From Camelus dromedarius (lineage: Eukaryota), in contig NC_087437.1 of NCBI RefSeq assembly GCF_036321535.1, positions 35,590,001 through 35,654,000 of the forward strand: DNA of 64,000 nt. Reading direction: 5' to 3'. The stretch's first letter is position 1; each line of letters starts with the position of its first letter. Of the stretch, positions 1 through 12,659 are shown in pieces. A model generated the notes under the pieces. The model had not been told where the DNA came from. It ran no database searches and was given only the letters and a program-made list of their open reading frames with translations. The translations under genes and the position numbers were made by a program.

Positions 1-790
1 CCTAGTAATTTTTGATTGGATACCCTTAGGTATCAACTGGATACCCTTACGTACCAACCAAATTTGAATTATTTTTGCTTATTGGGTGCTGGATATTTTT
101 GTATTCCTCTAAATATTCTTGGGCTTGGTACTGGGACACCATTACATTTCTTGATCCTTTTGTGTAAGAAGTCAGATTAGTTAGGTGGGACCAGATCTGG
201 ATTTGGTCTAGGCAAGATATTTCCCCACTAATGAGGCACCCTGTAGCCCACTCTGAGTAGTCTACCAGATATCTTTTGAATTACAAGTGTTTTTGTCACT
301 CTGGCTGGTGGTGATACAAATTATTTCCAGCCCCATGTATAAACTTTCAGAATTATTTCTCCTAATCCATTCAAGTGGTTCTTACCCTGGCCTTAAGTAG
401 TTCTCTCACGCTCATGGTAATCAATACTGAGGCTGGATTGGGAGCTCTGGAAATCTTTGGATTTTACTCTTTGTCCAGCTCCCTCTTTTTAAGTCCTCAG
501 CTCTTCAAAGCCACCTTGTCCCCCCTGGGCTCCCAGCTCTGTCTCCTCAGTTAAGCAGGATAGCCAGGGCTGTCTGGTCCTCGTTCAGGTGCCATACCAG
601 ACTTTTTCACAGAAGTAATCATAGGGCTCAGCTCGTCTCTTTCGTTACCTTAGGAATCACAGTTCTGCACTGCTTCATGTCCAGTGTCTATTCTTTTAAC
701 TATTTAGTCTAGGTTTCTAGTTTTTTTTTTTTAGTCAGGAAGGTAACTATGATTCTTCTTACTCCATCTTGGCCAGAGACAGAGTCCATG
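1..790 (-). mobile_element. Old LINE-1 (L1MC/L1MD-like) 5' region, decayed
   Basis: Motifs 'ttattgggtgctggatatttttgtattcctctaaatattctt', 'gcactgcttcatgtccagtgtct' and terminal 'ttactccatcttggccaga' match recalled antisense 5' ends of old L1M families. Confidence 0.65.
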
Positions 791-1865
791 TCATGGATTT
801 TCAAAATATAACAACTTAGTACATCAGCCAGGATCATCTGGCACGTGAAATCTTATTTTATGTTGGCTCTGTTGATAAGAGCCTTGTCTTTTTCTCAGGT
901 AATGACCTTACACATTTTTATTTTTACTTCCTAGAGAAAGATAAAACACACATACACATACACCCCTAAAAAATACACAGTTGATGACACAAGTAGGTTT
1001 TCATCCTCAAAGTATGTAAGATTTAGAATTTCTTATTTCACCCTTTGGGCATAATCCCATTCTACTTTATTGGCAACACTTGGTGTTAAAAGTAAGCACT
1101 CACTTTAAATTGAAAAACTAACCGTATCTACTTTGAAGGTGCAATGGAATTGACCCCATTGATAGGTTCAGCTCAACAAGTTTAAAGGCTACCTGACAAA
1201 GAAATATTCCCTCCTGACTTAAATCTCTTTCTCAGCCTGGGTTTTTGTGTGTGTAAGAATTGAGTTAATCCTCAAAACTTTAGTTCCAGAAGAAAAGTCA
1301 GTTTTGTCTTTGGTTAAAATTTATACCTAAAATTCCCTATTCATTTTCCTCTGCCTGCTGCTTTCTTTTGTTATGTGATAATATAATAATCCTTTTTAAT
1401 TATTGCTTATGAATAGTCAGATGATTTTGATCATTATTCTTATGATTCACCTGCACATGAACGTCCTTTTAACTTTAAGCTCTTTGAAGTGTTGGGGAGG
1501 AGCTGGGGTTGGACAGACAGGAAATCGCCATGAATCTTCAGAAAGTAGAGGCATGGAGAAATGACTTTGAACATACATCTCAGTGGTGCTTGTCTACCCT
1601 TGTGCCATTACACAACAACAGCTCTCGAAAACTTGAGCTCTCTGGTCTGGCCAAATGTTGTAGTTGAGATAGTTCTCTTAACTATTTGCCTGTTGGTGAA
1701 ATATGTTGGTTGGAGGAAGTAAATCAATGTGATGGAAGATTTAAGACTATGCTCTGAATTTGTGTGGTCTGCTGAGGTCCTACAGAAATGTGTCCTTGAC
1801 TCTTGCCATGTTTCACAAGTCGAGTGTTGTTTTGCTTGTTTCTATGTTTTTTTTAAGTGAGAAGT

Positions 1866-1984
1866 TCTTATTTATTTATTTATTTGTTGAGGGGGGTGGT
1901 AATTAGGCTTATTTATTTTAATGGAGGTACTGGGGATTGAACCCAGGACCTCATGCAACTCTACTACTGACCTATACCCTCCCC
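1866..1984 (-). mobile_element. tRNA-derived SINE, camelid Vic-1-like
   Basis: Minus strand reads GGGGAGGGTATAGGTCAGTAGTAGAG...GAGGTCCTGGGTTCAATCCCCAGTACCTCC, with a Pol III A-box-like motif and B-box (GGTTCAATCC, 1934-1943), then CCTAATTACC-C-run and an (AAAT)n tail. Confidence 0.85.
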
Positions 1985-2054
1985 ACCACCATAGGTGGAG
2001 TGTTGGATTGTGGTACTTGTTAGTTACATTTTCTTTTTGTTTGTTCATTCTTAT

Positions 2055-2190
2055 TCTACTAGACTGAAAATTTCTGTGCATACACTTCTAGGGCAATGAA
2101 TCATTGCCCTTGTCTTCTCAGTGCCCAGTACAGTGGTAGATTCTTGACAAATATTGATAAATAATTGTTAAATGAAATAAATGAATACAT
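2055..2190 (+). mobile_element. L2 3' end remnant
   Basis: 'cagtgcccagtacagtgg...aaataattgttaaatgaaataaatgaat' resembles the L2 3' terminus. Confidence 0.6.
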
Positions 2191-3265
2191 TTTACTCAAT
2201 AGATTGTTTCATCAGGTTGATTTTGATGTGAAACATGTAGTCCTAAATTTCATTTCTTTATATTTTTGGTGTGTCTATGAATATATTTCAGGAAAATACT
2301 ATGTTTCTATATAGGTAAACCATTTACCTTTTTTCTGTGTACTCAACTTTGTTTATAACTATATAAAATTTAGTGGCTCTTTTGCCCTAAATATTAAGTT
2401 CTTCAGAAATTAGTTTCAGTAACCTGAAGCATGACTTCTTTGTTAGGAGTCCAAATTGTTTTATTGCCCAAATCTCAATATTGCCCTGTATCTTTGCTTC
2501 ATGGTTTGCCCTAGTCCTGGTAATCATTAAATTAAAAGATAATCTCAAGATACATTTTCTTAGAAGGAAACACTTTAGGTTGTCTTTTTCTTCTCCATCT
2601 ATAATTGCTATCCTCCTATGGTGACCCCTTTTAATAATAAAGTTAATATGTCATGTCTATGCTATTGTCGATCTACTGGGGAATGTATTAGAAATTCTCC
2701 TTAAAAATCAGTATTAGATTTTTGCTGAGTTAGAGAAGTTTTATCCACTTCAAAGAACTCAAGTTCAGGCAACAGTCTGAGTACTATTTGGATCTATAAT
2801 AGCATCTTGTGGGGCTGTTTTTCTGAAGCATCCTAGCGTCAGGACAGATAATTTGGTCTGTATTGATAAGAATCAGATTAGGTACTTGCAGCACCTGGAA
2901 TTGTACTGGTGACTAATAAGGTGAAAAACAGAGCTTTCCCTATGACTTAAATAGAAACTATTGTCTACATATAAAACTATTTTTGAGCAGAAAGTCTAGA
3001 GGTTGGGGAATTTATCCAATTTAGAGAATAACACATTTGTGGCAGGTGGTTGTGATTGCTTATCTGGCTGAGGAAGGTAATGGCATCAAAGTAAGCTTTA
3101 ATTAACAAGAAGAATGAATAAATGCCCAGCCTATGCAGGTATTTCTAGGGTGGGGTAAGTTGTCAGAAACAGAATAATAAAACAGGTAGAAGGATTCAAT
3201 GCAGCTATGTTCCAAACAGTGGATGCTATAGATAGCTATATATGAGAACAACAAAGGTTGAATCT

Positions 3266-3308
3266 TGTGTGTGTGTGTGTGTGTGTGTGTGTCTTTTTTT
3301 TTTTTTTT
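3266..3308. repeat. (TG)13 microsatellite followed by poly-T
   Basis: Directly visible. Confidence 0.95.
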
Positions 3309-3492
3309 CTGATTAGGAGAAGCACAGAACTCATTTTTTTTTTTTTACATGAAAATTTTGCTAGAGAAAGAAGCATAGAAGCAGAGACCTAAACAATGAG
3401 TCAGAGTTGGCCAAGTAAATGTAGGAGGGGCCGGGTATGGGAAAGCAAGTAAAGAAAAGCTAACCCATCACGCAGTGAGACAGGTAAACTGA

Positions 3493-3572
3493 ATTACGGG
3501 CCGAAACATCAAATTGCCATTTTTATAGTTTAAAATTTCACTATTGCCAATTTCACATAGATCACCCTAATA
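3493..3572. mobile_element. MADE2-like mariner-derived MITE
   Basis: About 80-bp imperfect palindrome 'aaattgccatttttatag...gccaatttcacatagatcaccctaata' matching the recalled MADE2 consensus (AAATTGCCATTTTTGTAG...GGCAATTTCATATGGTTCAACCTAATA). Confidence 0.75.
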
Positions 3573-5369
3573 GGTTAGTAATTGGGTAGCAGAAATAATG
3601 AGAACACAGGGCAAGAGTTGAGACAGAAGAGATCAGAAGGCACTGAAGACACAGTCATGTCAGCCATGTGGCATGAGTTAATTTCACAGCTTTCTTTCTG
3701 AGTAACTCAAAGCCAAGTGTCAAGTAGAAACACGCTCATTAATGTAGAAAAATAACATCTACTGTATCGTTAGAGGGAATGCTGTATTTTCCTACCTTTT
3801 TAATATTTAACTCATCTTTTCCTTATTTCACTGGGCTCACTCTGCATGAAGAAATTTGTCCAGTGAGAATGTGGTGCCAGCATTTTCATCTGCTTTGGTA
3901 TGGGACGGGGGGGGGGCCAGATGAGCGTATGTATGTGCATCTGTGTGTGTTAGGATAGAGAGGGCAGTGTGGCCTGATGAGTGTTTTTACTTTATATACT
4001 TTCACAGCAAAGCAGAGATGTTGGCTTGGTTCTCTTGATCTGTAATCTGTTGAGACTTTTTGCCCAGACCTTGGGTCATCAGGCTACGGCAAGCCCTGTC
4101 ACTTACATTGTACCAACATTATTCTATTGACATAACTCAGTAATGTTGCTTTATCTATAATTGTAGGATATATATATGCATATATTTATCTTATTACAGA
4201 AATACTTGAATCAATGTAGTGCTGTTGGATAAAAATGACTTTTATTTCTTCTGGCCCATAATCATTTCCAGAGAAGAGGTAAGATTTAAAAGTTGAGAAA
4301 AGTTGATCCTTAGTAAATGAAGGGATCTTCAGATGGCTCAGAGAATCAGCACCACAATTAAATGATAATCCTATGGGACTGAGATCCCAGACTGTGAGAT
4401 ATCAAGAAGAGAGATGAAAGGGTATTATCAACCAACTTTCAATGATATTTTAATAAGCATTGTTAATCTATGCATTTAAAGTCTCCTGGAGACTCTTTTT
4501 TTTAACTTTTGTTGTTTATTAGCTTTTCATGGGTTTAAATGAGAAATAACTTCCTTTTCTTATATTACTTCCATAAAGGTTGATTTTGGGGGCAATTTTC
4601 TGTGTATATCAAACTAAATAGAGAGGCATTTAAAATGTATTATTCTTTGAAAATTTTATCCGATGGTTATGCATCACTTCAATATGTAGCAGCATCTTGT
4701 GACACGTCAACCCTATGTGGCAAGCAGCATGAAAAATAGATTTGAAATCTGGAAGAAATAAATGCAGGAATCAATGACTTCTGGTGGCTGCAGTGAACTG
4801 TGTAGTCTTCCACGCTTGACAATTTCATGTTTTATGCAGAAGAAAAACACTTAGAGAACACATTGGGAGTCTATACTCAAAGCCACTTGCAATTACTGAA
4901 ACAAAAGAAGTATAAGCATTTGAGAAATAAGATAACCTTTTATTTCTCAGGGACTTTGGGAGTTGTGGATGTCAGTATCCCAAAAGGGGGGAAATCTTGT
5001 TTTTTTTCTTTAGATATTTTATAGGTTTCTATAGGTCATGAATGTATCTGTTTCCAGTAAATCCACTGAAACAAAATATCAGGAAAGAAGAATTATAGAC
5101 CAGGCTGGCCCTTGGTAATTGTGGAAATAAAAGAACTTAAAATTTCCTTCCTTCTTACCTTTACTATGTCCTTGATCTGCCCTCCAGCTGTGATACCATT
5201 CTTGGCTTTTATTCAAGCATGCAGGTGACTGGTGGATTCTTCCTGAAGCACTGGCTGAAAAGGAAGGTGTTCCTTTGCTGATAGAAGCATGAAGTATGAT
5301 CCCCTTAAGGGTGTTTGCTTTAGTGGATTCTTGAAGATAGGGAGGTCCTTGTAACTCCAAAGATCAAAG

Positions 5370-5560
5370 AAGAGCGGAACAGAGTAAAGTTCAGATTAAC
5401 CTGCATTTCATTTCCAGCTCTGCCACTGTAAAACTACACATCACTGGTCAAATGTGTTTGTGTTTGTCCTCTTTGAAGCTCAGCTTCTTCATCTGTAAGG
5501 GCTGGATGGCCTTCCTTTCACAGTTACTATGAGGATTAAATGAGGTCACTTGTAAAAACT
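5370..5560 (+). mobile_element. MIR SINE
   Basis: Core 'ccagctctgccact...ctcagcttcttcatctgtaa...tgaggattaaatgag'. Confidence 0.8.
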
Positions 5561-6799
5561 TCTGACTTTCCTTTCCAGGCTTTCTTTTCAGGTGAGATGT
5601 GTGTGGTAGTATTAACCATGGGACACAAGAGGAAACTCCACATAGTATCCATTCAAATTAGACAGTGTGGTCCAGTGGTTCCCTAATACCAGCATTATTT
5701 CAGCACAACACCTGGGAAGTAGCAGACCCTCAATAAATGCTCACACACTGAATGGTGTGTAGGTGAGCGTGTGCTAACAGCGACACCATGATGAAGCTGT
5801 AGTCACATGCTTTCTTATTTGAGCTCTCCCCCTTAGAATGTTAATATTTACCGAAGTGAGAAATGCTATTCCCTTGCTTGTGCAAAGAATCTACAAATGT
5901 GCTAGCACTCTATTAACATGAGAAGAACTGGGACACTTACTTCCTCTCTTACCAGTTCACTTTTCTATATAATCAAAAAGAAGAGTTAATGATAGATGAC
6001 AATGAACATCCTAGAACATTAAAGTAAAATACAGTTAAAATGGGGATAAAAATAGGCACAATATCCAACTCTTGAGAATTGGATAGTTAGGGTTAAGAAA
6101 AGGATGATGAAAACCTGACTTTAAGATATGATTTAAAACTCTTTTCTGTCACATACTGACAGCCATCGACAATAGGAAATTGAGAAGATGTGACTCACTT
6201 TCAGTGCAGGAGGGTCAGACTCAGATCATCTCCAAATGAACTTGTGCTGCTGTTTCTTAATTTTGTATGTTGAAAATTCAGTTTTAGGAATAGAAATTAT
6301 TTGTACCAGCACTGAATTTCAACTTACATTCTGTTAGCAGAGGCGTGATCAGTGCTTTGTTACACGGTTATATTGATGGTCTGAAATCCTTAAAGTACAG
6401 GGGAGAGCACATACCAGCCCTTTTCAGCATGTCTTAAAAAACATTAGCCTTCTAAAAAATCAGTCTGTAGTACTTCTTCAAAATACTCATTCATTCAAAG
6501 AAAATAGACATGAAGCTGGTGACTTACACGGATATAACTTTGTTCCCAACATCATCAATAATAATTGGTTAACAGGAAGATATCCTCTGACAGTTTCCAT
6601 CTTGCTCTCATGTACATTTCAGCCTATGCTAACCCTCAGGGAAGGAGGGCTAGTTACTGTTCTGCTTTAATCTTCACCCCACTTTCCCAGTATGATCGAT
6701 CCAGGAGAATAGACTAGTCTGGGAAGATAAACATGGAAGCAAATACTAGCGTACTTTTCCATTTCCTGCATGAACAGGGTGAGCTACAAAAGTCTAGCC

Positions 6800-6930
6800 T
6801 GTGTATATTCTCCAGGAAGCTGAGGACAGTCCTGGAAGGGAGTGGGTATACTGCCTTCTTTTCTGGGTACCTGCTGCCTGACAGAGTTCCTATGATATCA
6901 AATTGTTTGCTGAATAAACGAATGAGTGAA
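6800..6930 (+). mobile_element. L2 3' end remnant
   Basis: 'tgcctgacagag...aaattgtttgctgaataaacgaatgagtgaa'. Confidence 0.6.
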
Positions 6931-7056
6931 AATCATTTAGTACCAACATGGCATAAACAGTTCACAGTCAGCCTTTCTGTTGTTGCTTCAGCTCCTTGGA
7001 CCCTTGCAAATCAATATCTTTACCAGTCTTTGTTAGAGCTTTGCCTTCTCTTCTTC

Positions 7057-7935
7057 TTATTTTAAAATTGAAGTAGAGTTGATTTGCAATATTATGTTAG
7101 TTTCATGCATAAAGCAGTCATTCAGTATTTTTACAGATTATAACTCCATTACAAGTTATTATAAGATAATTATAATTATAGTTATAATTCCCTGTGCTGT
7201 ACAATATATCCTTGTTACTTATCTATTTTATACATAGTAGTTTGTATCTTTTGACCTCATAGACTCCTAATTTGTCCCTTCCCCCTTGCCTGTCCCCAGT
7301 GGTAACCAATAGTTTGTTTGCTATGTCTAGGAGTCTGTTTCTGTCTTGCATATATATTCATTTGCATTATTTTTCAGATTCCACATATAAGTGATATTAT
7401 GCAGTATTTCTTTGTTTCTCTTACTTCACTAAGCATATAGTATTCTCTAGGTCCATCCATGTTGCTGCAAATGGTAGAATTTCTTTTTCCTTTTATGACT
7501 GAGTAATATTTCATTCATCGTATATAAATATACACCACATCTTCTTTATCCACTTGTCTATTCATGGGCACTTGGGTTGCTTCCATATTTTGGCTATTTT
7601 AAGTAATGCTGCTGTGAACATTGGGGTGCATGTATCTTTTCAAATTAGTGTTTTCATATTTTCCAGATATATACCCCGCTGTGGAATTGTTGGATCATAT
7701 GGTAGTTCTGTTTAGTTTTTTAAGGAAACTCCATACTGTTTTCCATAGTGGCTGCACCAATTTGTATTCTCACCAACAACATTACGAGGGTTCCCTTTTC
7801 TCCACATCCTTCCAGCATTTGTTATTTGTAGACTTTTTGATGATAGCCATTCTGACAGGTGTGAGGAAATATGTCATTGTGGTTTTCATTTGTGCTTCTC
7901 TAATAATTAGTGATGTTAAGCATCTTTCATCTGTC
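7057..7935 (-). mobile_element. LINE-1 3' fragment (3' UTR plus ORF2 C-terminus), 5'-truncated
   Basis: Typical antisense L1 text: 'ccatccatgttgctgcaaatgg', 'ggaattgttggatcatatggtagttct', 'gatagccattctgacaggtgtgagg'. Confidence 0.92.
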
Positions 7936-8100
7936 TGTTCATTCTCTTCATCTCCTGAGACCTAGGATCATGTGAAAGGTATGGAAGGAGGTCTAGACAC
8001 GTTTGGCATATTAATGACAAATAACTTCCAGGACTTCTATTTAATTATCTAAAGAATTATATCTAAGGAAATCAGAATTTGATTTTGAATATTCCTAAGT

Positions 8101-8738
8101 ATAATCAATCCTCATTACTAGCCAGTTCTTTATTTTCATTTTCACCTAATTGCTAAAATTTATTTGCACCCTCAAAGTCAAAACTCTTAGCACTTTCGAG
8201 GCCGTTCACAGGCATGCTTGGTGTGGTAGAAATTTTAGTTGCCCCAAGTTAACATTGCCAGCTTATGTTGATCAAGTCTATGCCCTGCCTTCTTGTTTCA
8301 GCTCTCAGACCAAAACAAGTGTCACTTTCATAGTCTGTTTAGTTTTGTGTCACATTTCACACTTTTGTGCTTTTTGTTGGTGATTTTGCTATTTAATATG
8401 ACCACAAGCACAGTGCTGTCTACTGTTTCTAACTGTAAGGGGGTTGTGACATGCCTTTTGGAAAAAAACACATGTATTAGAAAAGCTTGCTCAGGCATTA
8501 GAGTGTTGGCCATGAGTTCAATGTTAATGAATCATTAATATATATTAAATATGGTATCTTTAAGCAGAAATACATATTAAAAAGGTTAATATTCATTGGT
8601 TGATGGAAATGTGACCAGAGACTCACAGGAACCTAACCCTGTATTTTCTCTAGGAACAGTGGCTCAGTATTTGCTCATTTAGTGTTTGTGGCCACTTTAT
8701 AGAATGTATCTACCTTGAATAATGACAATCAAATGTAG
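8101..8738 (-). mobile_element. MER82 (TcMar-Tigger) DNA transposon
   Basis: About 640 bp. 'caggaacctaaccctgtattttctctaggaacagtggctcagtatttgct' and 'ccttcttgtttcagctctca' match the recalled MER82 reverse strand, with decayed TIRs. Confidence 0.85.
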
Positions 8739-8744
8739 ACAGTG

Positions 8745-8860
8745 CTGTTACCTCAATTTTACACAAGAGGAAACAGTCAAATCAGGAAAGGGGTGGCTGG
8801 CAAGAGATTATATCGCTGGAAGTGGTGAAGCAAGGACTTCCAAAACATTGCTTTTCTGAC
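8745..8860 (-). mobile_element. MIR fragment
   Basis: 'ctcaattttacacaagaggaaacag...aagtggtgaagcaaggactt'. Confidence 0.6.
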
Positions 8861-9809
8861 TAAACAGTCACCTTTGTGTGTGAGCATGTGGGAGAGGGTG
8901 TGCAGGGACATGGCATTTTTTCAAAGTATTTTTTGAAGGTGAAGGACAAGTGATACCAAATCCTATAAAAGACAATGAATAGATACCTTAGTAAGTTAGC
9001 ATTATCTTTGACAAATGTGAGTCAATATTTATTGAGGCTTTTATACTGTTTTGTAAATGAACGTTAACTGCTGTTTGGCACTCAGATATTCCTTAGAAGC
9101 CAGATATCCCTTGGATATATAGATTGTTATGAAATTAAGCCCTGGAAATACTATCACTGGGACATTTTCCATGGCTTTCCCCATGAGAGTCCTTTGGAAA
9201 TAAGACATGGGCTGCAAATGTACCCAAGTGTTTTTTTTTTTTTTTTATAATTCTTTTAGTGAAGCTTGTCTCCGTGGATGCATTTTCTTTTACACACAGG
9301 AAGACAGATAAACATATCTGCCTATGGGTTGAAGAATTTTTTGAGATGAGGTTTTAAGAAGACACATTTTCCTGTCAGCTTGCATGGTAGGGTCAAACCT
9401 TTTCTTGGTGCTGTAAAACTTAGAAGGCAATTAAGCTATGAACTGCTTGACTCTACTTGGTTGCCCACAACCACTGGGTCTGCATTGTTAGACAACACGC
9501 CTCATGGCAGATGGTGTGTAAAGACTTCCTGGTTACAGTAACTTGAACTGCCCCTTTCCCTCCCTTCCATTGCATTCATTTTTATTTTAAAAAGGCAATG
9601 CTCCTTGGAGATAAAAAAAAAAAAAATAGGTACACTAGCTGCTAAAGAATGTGTTTCAATTTGATAACTATTTAAGAATCTGCACTATGGCAAGACCTAT
9701 ACTACCTGAAACATGTATTTACATTAGAAGTGCCTTTGCTTTTCTGGGTTGAGAGGGTTCTGGTATCCCTAGAATGCTAGAATACAAAGAGAAAGCTTTC
9801 TTGTAGAGT

Positions 9810-10060
9810 ATTGGTATGAACTAGAATGACTAGTAGAAATGGACTGTGTAACTAGTCCTAAAGCTAGCCCTTGTGACAAATGGCTTAAGATGTATTATCC
9901 TAGACAGGTTACTTAATATTTCTAACCCTCAGTTTTCTTACCTGTAAAATGGGATAATGTTGTCTACCTTACAGAGTTATTGTGAGGAATAAATTAAGAC
10001 ACATAACTTACTTAGTTCAGGACCTGGTATAATTGCTCCCATATAGGTTTGTTATTGTAT
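9810..10060 (+). mobile_element. MIR SINE
   Basis: 'ctcagttttcttacctgtaaaatgggataat...cagagttattgtgaggaataaat'. Confidence 0.85.
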
Positions 10061-11049
10061 TGCTGATGTATTTGTAAATGCAAACAGTTTAGAGAACCAG
10101 CAGTTCAGCCCAACTTCTCCCTATTAAGGAGAACAATTAATACTTACTGGAGTTAGGAAAATGGGGAGAAAGAGCCTTTTGTGTACTTGGCATTAAGATA
10201 CCACAATGGACAACATTATTTTATTTATTAAATTTATAACTGGTGCCACTCTAGATTGACTTGCTATAGTGCATGGCTTGAAAATAAAATACTTTTATTT
10301 AAAATACTTACAGCGGAATGGCAGTAGCAATTGGAAATTTCATTTCATTATCAGCTCCAAGGTGCCATTTAAGATGCTTTCTTCTATACCTTACACTTTT
10401 GCCAATTGGTGTTTTATTGGATCTTGATGGATTGGTCAGTCCTTTAGCTTAAGCCACCCAGGAGGAAATTCCTGACTCCTAGGTTCTGTAGGCAGAATAC
10501 TTAATTATGTGCTGAGGCCCCAGTCATGCATAGACATCAAGAATCTCTTAGATATACCTGCAGCAGATATTAGAAACAAGAAAATTAAGTGAGCTTTTCT
10601 ATATCCATTTCCAATGTTTTCCTGAACGTTTGGAAAGTTAAGTTTATTTTACTGAAAGGGTATAAGTAATACCATGTGAAACGGTCTTTCTAAAATGATC
10701 CTGGTCATGCCATTATTATTAAAAGAGGAATAAAAAATTAAGAACTCAAATTATGAGCTCCGATAAGCTGAATTACATGGCCCATGTCTCTGCATGACTT
10801 TCACAGCGTATTTCAAAAGTGTATCGGAATTTTTCTTTTAAAAGGCATCTTTTAGCTTATCCAGTTACATCAAAGCTCTCTTTTGTTGAATCATTTCACT
10901 TCAACACCTCTCCGTCTATTACCCTTATTTCCTTCATGTCTCTGATTTTTTTCTGATTATTATTTTGCCTTATCCAAAAAGTAGCTTTACAAAAATAAAG
11001 TCAAGAACATGTATACTCTGTTTTACAAATCTCCACTGATTGACATGAG

Positions 11050-11530
11050 TGTTGTGGCTGACATTTGGGCTTCCATCCCCATTTTCCTTTCTGTCTCTTG
11101 TTTGTAAAGCCAAGATAATCTTTTCCCAGCTTATCTTTAAGCTAGAGGTGACCTCATGATCTAGATCTGGTCAGTGAGATATGAACGAACTTCTTGTGGA
11201 AAGTTTTTGGTAAAGATTCTTGTTTCCTGATTAAAGACATAGATGCCTGATAGTTTCTGGTACCACCACTTCTCATGTCTCCCCTTCTTGAAGGAGGATT
11301 TAATGACTAATTAAAGTGGCCCTCTTACCACCATGGGTAAGAAGAGTCATTATGGAAAAGACCCCAGTACAGGAGCCTGGCTAATGATATCATTGTGTTG
11401 CTGAACCAATCCAAAGATCACCTAGCTCACACCGCTTATTGAATAAACAATAATTATCTTTATAATTTAAGTCCCTGGTAGTTGGGTATCCAACTATGTA
11501 GTTGTAGCCTAGAGCACGTCTAATGTAAGT
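11050..11530 (+). mobile_element. ERVL solo LTR, LTR16-like
   Basis: 'ttcccagcttatctttaagctagaggtgacctcatgatctagatctggtcagtgagat' and 3' 'tttaagtccctggtagttgggtat...ttgtagcc' follow the LTR16/LTR33-type layout. Confidence 0.65.
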
Positions 11531-11974
11531 ACTGAATTCATTAAATTCCACATCTAGAACGTACAGCATTTTTGTGTCCCTTTTTATTGTGAGAGCCACA
11601 AGATAAGAAAAACTATATTGTATTACGTGATTCTGAGAAGCATGCTATTCCATTGGGTATAATCTTTGTGTAAACTCCAGCTTTGGTGAGGAACTGGATA
11701 AATTAAGTAAAAACTTAAAGACTAACTACAGATCACATTGGAGTTTATAAATAAGTTACGTCTATGAGGAAGAGGGAGAGCGTACAGTAGTACTCTCAGA
11801 GTATAATAGTACCACTAGTGATCTTCGTCTTATGGAGCTTGGTTCTTATCTGTGACATTCATCACACGGGTTGTATTTATCAGCACCTAGAATGAGGGGA
11901 TCGTATTAATATTGCATGGACACAGTTCACAAGGAGAGTACTCATGATGACGCAGCATTGTGCCAAGGCATTGG

Positions 11975-12175
11975 AGAAACAGCAAGGATGGCTCTTCCTG
12001 GTTCTATAATTGACTTGCCATGTGGCCTTGGGCAAGACACTCAATCTCCCTGCTCAGTTTTCCCCATCTGTAAGGACAGAATGATAATTCTTGCACAAAA
12101 TTTTCCTTCAGAGGGCTATTGAAAGGAGTATTAAAAGAACATTTTGAGTCCATGGGAGAAAAAATGCTTTATAAA
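11975..12175 (+). mobile_element. MIR SINE
   Basis: 'tgtggccttgggcaagacactcaatctccctgctcagttttccccatctgtaa'. Confidence 0.85.
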
Positions 12176-12659
12176 AGTAGAAAATTTTAGTAATTTTCCC
12201 AGGAATGGAGAAAAGGAGACATATTTCCTGACTGCCTCTGGCCTTACACGGCCTGTAATAACATCCCAGAAGAGAGCCTGTGGGAACAGAGCCAGTTACA
12301 GGCCTGATATCTGATCTCCATTTCCTCTAAATTGTGGAAGGGCAGAAAAGTCATGCCCTGCTTCTAATGCTGCATCAAAGGGACAAAGGGAGGCTTTTCC
12401 ATCAATATGTGGGAAAGAGAATGTGAGAAGGAGTGGGCATGCATGGAAGGAAGAGATGGTCTGGCTATTTAATATGAACACATCTGTCTCCTTCAGGATC
12501 AAGTACCCAACTGAGCAAAGTTCTGTGATAGATACTGGATCAGGAGAACTGTGTCATACCACCTGTGGGCATACAGTTCCAGCCCTTGTTAGTTATTTCC
12601 TGAAATAGGATTCTGTTGATGTCCCAATAGCCCATCAATCTCCATTAACATATTACTTT

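Noticed and set aside
1925..1984. tRNA gene
   Set aside because: The tRNA-like head belongs to a SINE. The anticodon arm is disrupted and a SINE tail follows.
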